In this document: positions 60,634 through 64,000 of the stretch, piece by piece | Layout: each line of letters opens with the position of its first letter | How positions within the stretch are numbered: the first letter of the stretch is position 1 | From: an uncultured Chloroflexia bacterium | GTDB lineage: Bacteria > Chloroflexota > Limnocylindria > Limnocylindrales > CSP1-4 | Assembly: GCA_963748625.1 (NCBI GenBank) | Contig: CAVVJT010000004.1 | Span: 640,001-704,000 of the forward strand | Length of the DNA stretch: 64,000 nt | Reading direction: 5' to 3' | Program-made: the position numbers and the translations under genes | The notes under the pieces: generated by a model | What the model was told of the DNA's origin: nothing | Seen by the model: the letters and a program-made list of their open reading frames with translations, nothing else | The model's database searches: none

Positions 60634-61639
60634 ATGCCCGACCTGCCGCCGCTGCGCTACCTCACCGCGGCCGACGTGACCGCGGCCATGCCGCCGCTCG
60701 AGCGCCGGCTCGCGCTCGCCGAGACCACCCTGCGCGGCCTTGCGGAGGGGGCCGAGCTGCCGCCCAAGCTCGCGGTCCACCCCCGGCCGCCCGGCTCATT
60801 CGCCCACGCGATGCCCGCGCGCCTGCCCCGCGCTGCCGAGGACGGCTCCGACGACCTGCTGGGCATGAAGTGGGTCGGCGGGAACCCGGCCAACAACGCC
60901 GCAGGGCTCGCGGGCATCTACGGCCTGCTGCTGCTCAACGATCCCGTCACCACGGTTCCGGTGGCGATCCTCGACGCCGGGCCGATCACCGCCGAGCGGA
61001 CGGCTGCCGTGTCGGGTGTCGCGATCCGTGCCTTCGCCCCGCAGCTGCCGGATGGACGACGCGCACGCGCTGCCCTGATCGGTGCCGGCGTGCAGGGCCG
61101 CAGCCACCTCGCGGTCCTGGGCCTCGTGCTGCCCGGGGTCGCGCTTGCCGTCTACGATCGAGATCATGGGCGGGCCGCGTCGCTGGCCGAGGACGCGCTG
61201 CGCGTGCCTGGCATCGGAGCCGCCCTCGTGGCCGCCAGTGCGCGCGACGCCGTCGAAGGGGCGGACGTCGTGCTCAGCGTCGCGTCGTTCCTGGCGTCGT
61301 CCGAGCGCCAGGTCCATGACCAACGACTGGCTGGTGCCCCACGCGCTGGTGGTGCCCGTGGACTACGCGACCTACTGCGCCGCGGAGGTCGCCCGGGACG
61401 CCGACCTGTTCCTGGTGGACCACCTGGGCCAGTTCCTGGCCAACCGCGACGCCGGCAACTTCGACGGCTACCCCGAGCCCGCCGCCATGCTGGGCGAGGC
61501 GCTGGCTGCACGCACCGAGCGGCCTGCCGGCCGGGTCGTGACCACGCACCTGGGCACGGGGCTCGCCGACGTGGTGTTCGGCGCGGAAATCCTGGACCGG
61601 GCGACGTCGATGGGCCTGGGGCTCCTGCTCCCCCGCTGA
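60634..61639 (+). CDS. Ornithine cyclodeaminase/mu-crystallin family; +1 frameshift at ~61315
   Basis: PPK, HAMPA, GMKWV...N, ITAERTAAVS, IGAGVQG, GTGLADV; extra C in CAGGTCCATG. Confidence 0.85.
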
Positions 61640-61783
61640 CGGCCGCCGGACGCCGGCCAGGCGCCCGCTACCCCGCTGACGGCGCAACGCCGCGGCATGG
61701 CGCGCTCGTACCGGGTAGCCTGTCGCGGCTCGGGAGCATCGCGGCGAGGAGCCAGGCGGGGCCGGGGCGAGGAGGAGGCCTCG

Positions 61784-64000
61784 GTGCGACGCGTTCTGGG
61801 TGGTGTGCTGGTCGTGGTGGTCGTTGTGCTGCTGGGCGGCGTGATCGCCGCCGGCGGCCTCCTGGGATCGGTGGCCGCGGGTGGCCAGACGCCCCAGAAC
61901 GGGACCTTCCACACGCCTGGGATCGCGGCCGACGTGCGCATCCTGCGCGACGTCAACGGCATCACCAACATCGAGGCGTCCACCGCGCACGACCTGTTCT
62001 TCGCCCAGGGCTGGCTCCATGCGTCGGAGCGCCTGTGGCAGATGGAGACCTACCGCCGCATCGGCGCCGGCCGCCTCGCGGAGATCTTCGGCGCGAGCCA
62101 GGTCGCCACGGACTCCTTCATCCGGACGATGGACTGGCGCGGCGCCGCCCAGCGCGACATGGATGCCGCCTCGCCCGAGATGCTCGCGATCCTCGATGCC
62201 TACAGCGCGGGCGTGAACGCCTACATCGACGGCCACCAGGGGTCCTTCGGGCCGGCCTTCGTGATCGCGGGCGCCCTGTCGGGCGTGGGCAACGGGCTCG
62301 AGGGCTACCGCCCGGAGCCGTGGACCCCGCTCGATACGCTGACCTTCGGCAAGGTCCAGGCCTGGGGCCTGGGCGGCAACATGGACACCGAGATCTTCCG
62401 CATGCTCGCCGACTCCGGCCTGGGCAGCCCCGCCCTCACCGACGAGCTGTTCCCCGCCTACCCCGCCGACCGCCCGCTGATCGCAGCCGAGGGCGTGCCC
62501 GGCGATGGCGTGAACGGCGGCGCGGGCGCCCCCACGGGCGGCACGTCGCAGCCGACGACGGCCGCGGTGACCGGCGATGACGCCGAGGCCTGGACGCAGC
62601 TCGCGCTGCTGGCCAACCGGATCCCCGCGCTGGCCGGCCTTGCGCCGGAGCGCGACCTCGTGGGCGAGGGCGGCGTCGGCTCCAACAACTGGGTGGTCGC
62701 ACCCGAGCACACCACGTCCGGCACCGCGCTCCTCGCGAACGACCCGCACCTGGGGCTCGACATGCCCTCGATCTGGTACGTCAACGGCCTCCATTGCGCG
62801 CCCGTGTCCGACGCCTGCGACTTCAACGTGGCCGGCGTCTCCTTCCCGGGCACCCCGGGCGTCATCCTGGGCCACAACGAGCACATCGCCTGGGGCGTGA
62901 CCAACGTCAACCCCGACGTCCAGGACCTCGTCATGGAGCAGGTGGACCCGGCCGACCCGTCCAAGTACGTCACCGCCGAGGGCTCCGAGCCCTTCACCGT
63001 GCGCACCGAGACCATCAAGGTCGCCGGCGCCGACGACGTGGTGCTCACGGTCCGCTCCACCCGCCACGGCCCGATCCTCAACGACGTGGACGACCGCCTC
63101 AAGGACGCCGACACCCTGCTCGCCCTGCGCTGGTCGGCCCTCGCCCAGCCGGACGGCGTGATGGCCGCGTTCATCAACGTCAACCGTGCCTCCAACTACA
63201 ACGAGTTCCGCGATGCCCTACGCCCGTACGGCGCGCCATCGCAGAACTTCGTGTACGCGGACGACCAGGGCAACATCGGCTACCAGATGCCGGGCGCGAT
63301 CCCCGTGCGCACGGATCCTGCCGACCAGGGCCTGCGCCCGGTCCCCGGCTGGGACGGCCAGCACGAGTGGACGGGCTACATCCCGTTCGACTCGCTGCCC
63401 ACGGTGTACAACCCGCCGTCCGGGCGGATCGTGACGGCCAACAACGCGCCCGCGTCGGGCGACCTGTTCATCGGCGCCGAGTTCGACTTCGGCGACCGGG
63501 CGGCGCGGATCACGCAGCTCATCGACAAGGCGGGCGACCAGGTGTCGCTCGACACGCTTGCGGACATCCAGGGCGACACCGTCCAGCTGCGGGGCGCCCG
63601 GATGCAGCAGGCGCTGGCCGACATGCGCCCCCTGCCGACCACGGACGACGGGCGAGCGGTGCTCGATCTCATCGCCGACTGGAACGGCCGCTGCACCACG
63701 GACTCCACTGGCTGCTCCGCGTTCAACGTGTTCGAGTACGCGATCAATCGCGCCATCTTCGACAACGAGCTCGGGTCCCTCGCCCGCGACTACGTCGGCT
63801 CCGACTGGGCGAACGAGCTGGCCGCGACCATGATCGGCACGCCCGAGGGCCGCGCCTCGGCCTGGTGGGGCGACGCCCGGATCGGCCAGGGCGCGTCCGC
63901 TGTCCGAGGTGACCGCCATCGCCCTCGACAGCGCAGGCTCTGGCTGCGCCGCGATCTCGGCGGCCCCAGCGCCTGGACAGTGGGGCCGGATCCACCAGAT
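61784..64000 (+). CDS. Penicillin acylase family Ntn hydrolase; runs off the window
   Basis: GTG start with GGAGGAGG RBS; DLFFAQG..HA.ERLWQME, GSNNWVV (catalytic Ser), LANDPHL, GHN, NFVYAD..GNIGY; probable indels after ~63870. Confidence 0.92.
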   Translation, partial: MRRVLGGVLVVVVVVLLGGVIAAGGLLGSVAAGGQTPQNGTFHTPGIAADVRILRDVNGITNIEASTAHDLFFAQGWLHASERLWQMETYRRIGAGRLAEIFGASQVATDSFIRTMDWRGAAQRDMDAASPEMLAILDAYSAGVNAYIDGHQGSFGPAFVIAGALSGVGNGLEGYRPEPWTPLDTLTFGKVQAWGLGGNMDTEIFRMLADSGLGSPALTDELFPAYPADRPLIAAEGVPGDGVNGGAGAPTGGTSQPTTAAVTGDDAEAWTQLALLANRIPALAGLAPERDLVGEGGVGSNNWVVAPEHTTSGTALLANDPHLGLDMPSIWYVNGLHCAPVSDACDFNVAGVSFPGTPGVILGHNEHIAWGVTNVNPDVQDLVMEQVDPADPSKYVTAEGSEPFTVRTETIKVAGADDVVLTVRSTRHGPILNDVDDRLKDADTLLALRWSALAQPDGVMAAFINVNRASNYNEFRDALRPYGAPSQNFVYADDQGNIGYQMPGAIPVRTDPADQGLRPVPGWDGQHEWTGYIPFDSLPTVYNPPSGRIVTANNAPASGDLFIGAEFDFGDRAARITQLIDKAGDQVSLDTLADIQGDTVQLRGARMQQALADMRPLPTTDDGRAVLDLIADWNGRCTTDSTGCSAFNVFEYAINRAIFDNELGSLARDYVGSDWANELAATMIGTPEGRASAWWGDARIGQGASAVRGDRHRPRQRRLWLRRDLGGPSAWTVGPDPPD

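Noticed and set aside
37744-64000. Beta-lactam biosynthesis (C45 acyltransferase plus penicillin acylase)
   Set aside because: The two genes are about 23 kb apart, there is no ACV synthetase or IPNS, and both families are widespread general amidases.

Overview
Very GC-rich bacterial chromosomal window of about 55 protein-coding genes, with no rRNA, tRNA, CRISPR array, transposase or phage genes that I can see. The gene content (F420-type LLM oxidoreductase, LuxR-STAND regulator, ATP-type PckA, LDH-like Mdh, MFS-cNMP fusion) suggests Chloroflexota or a similar high-GC monoderm lineage; this is inference only. Main blocks in order: arylsulfatase and MFS; a RES toxin-antitoxin pair; a reductive pyrimidine-catabolism cluster (class III aminotransferase, nitrilase, LLM oxidoreductase, dihydropyrimidinase) split by an ~8 kb block. 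That block carries a C50-type carotenoid operon with a lycopene elongase-glycosyltransferase fusion, a degenerate PlsY-like gene and a divergent sulfotransferase-like gene. Next come galE with a degenerate Lgt paralogue, two tandem S8 proteases, mdh, pckA flanked by two LuxR-type regulators, lgt-plsC-plsC, and Lrp with a small divergent membrane peptide. The window ends with a LacI-controlled fructosamine (Amadori) ABC/FrlD/2xSIS operon with twin operators, a VIT1-rubrerythrin fusion and a penicillin acylase. Many small frameshifts cluster at 39.9-53.5 kb and probably reflect long-read consensus errors. All calls come from reading motifs by eye; no database searches were run.
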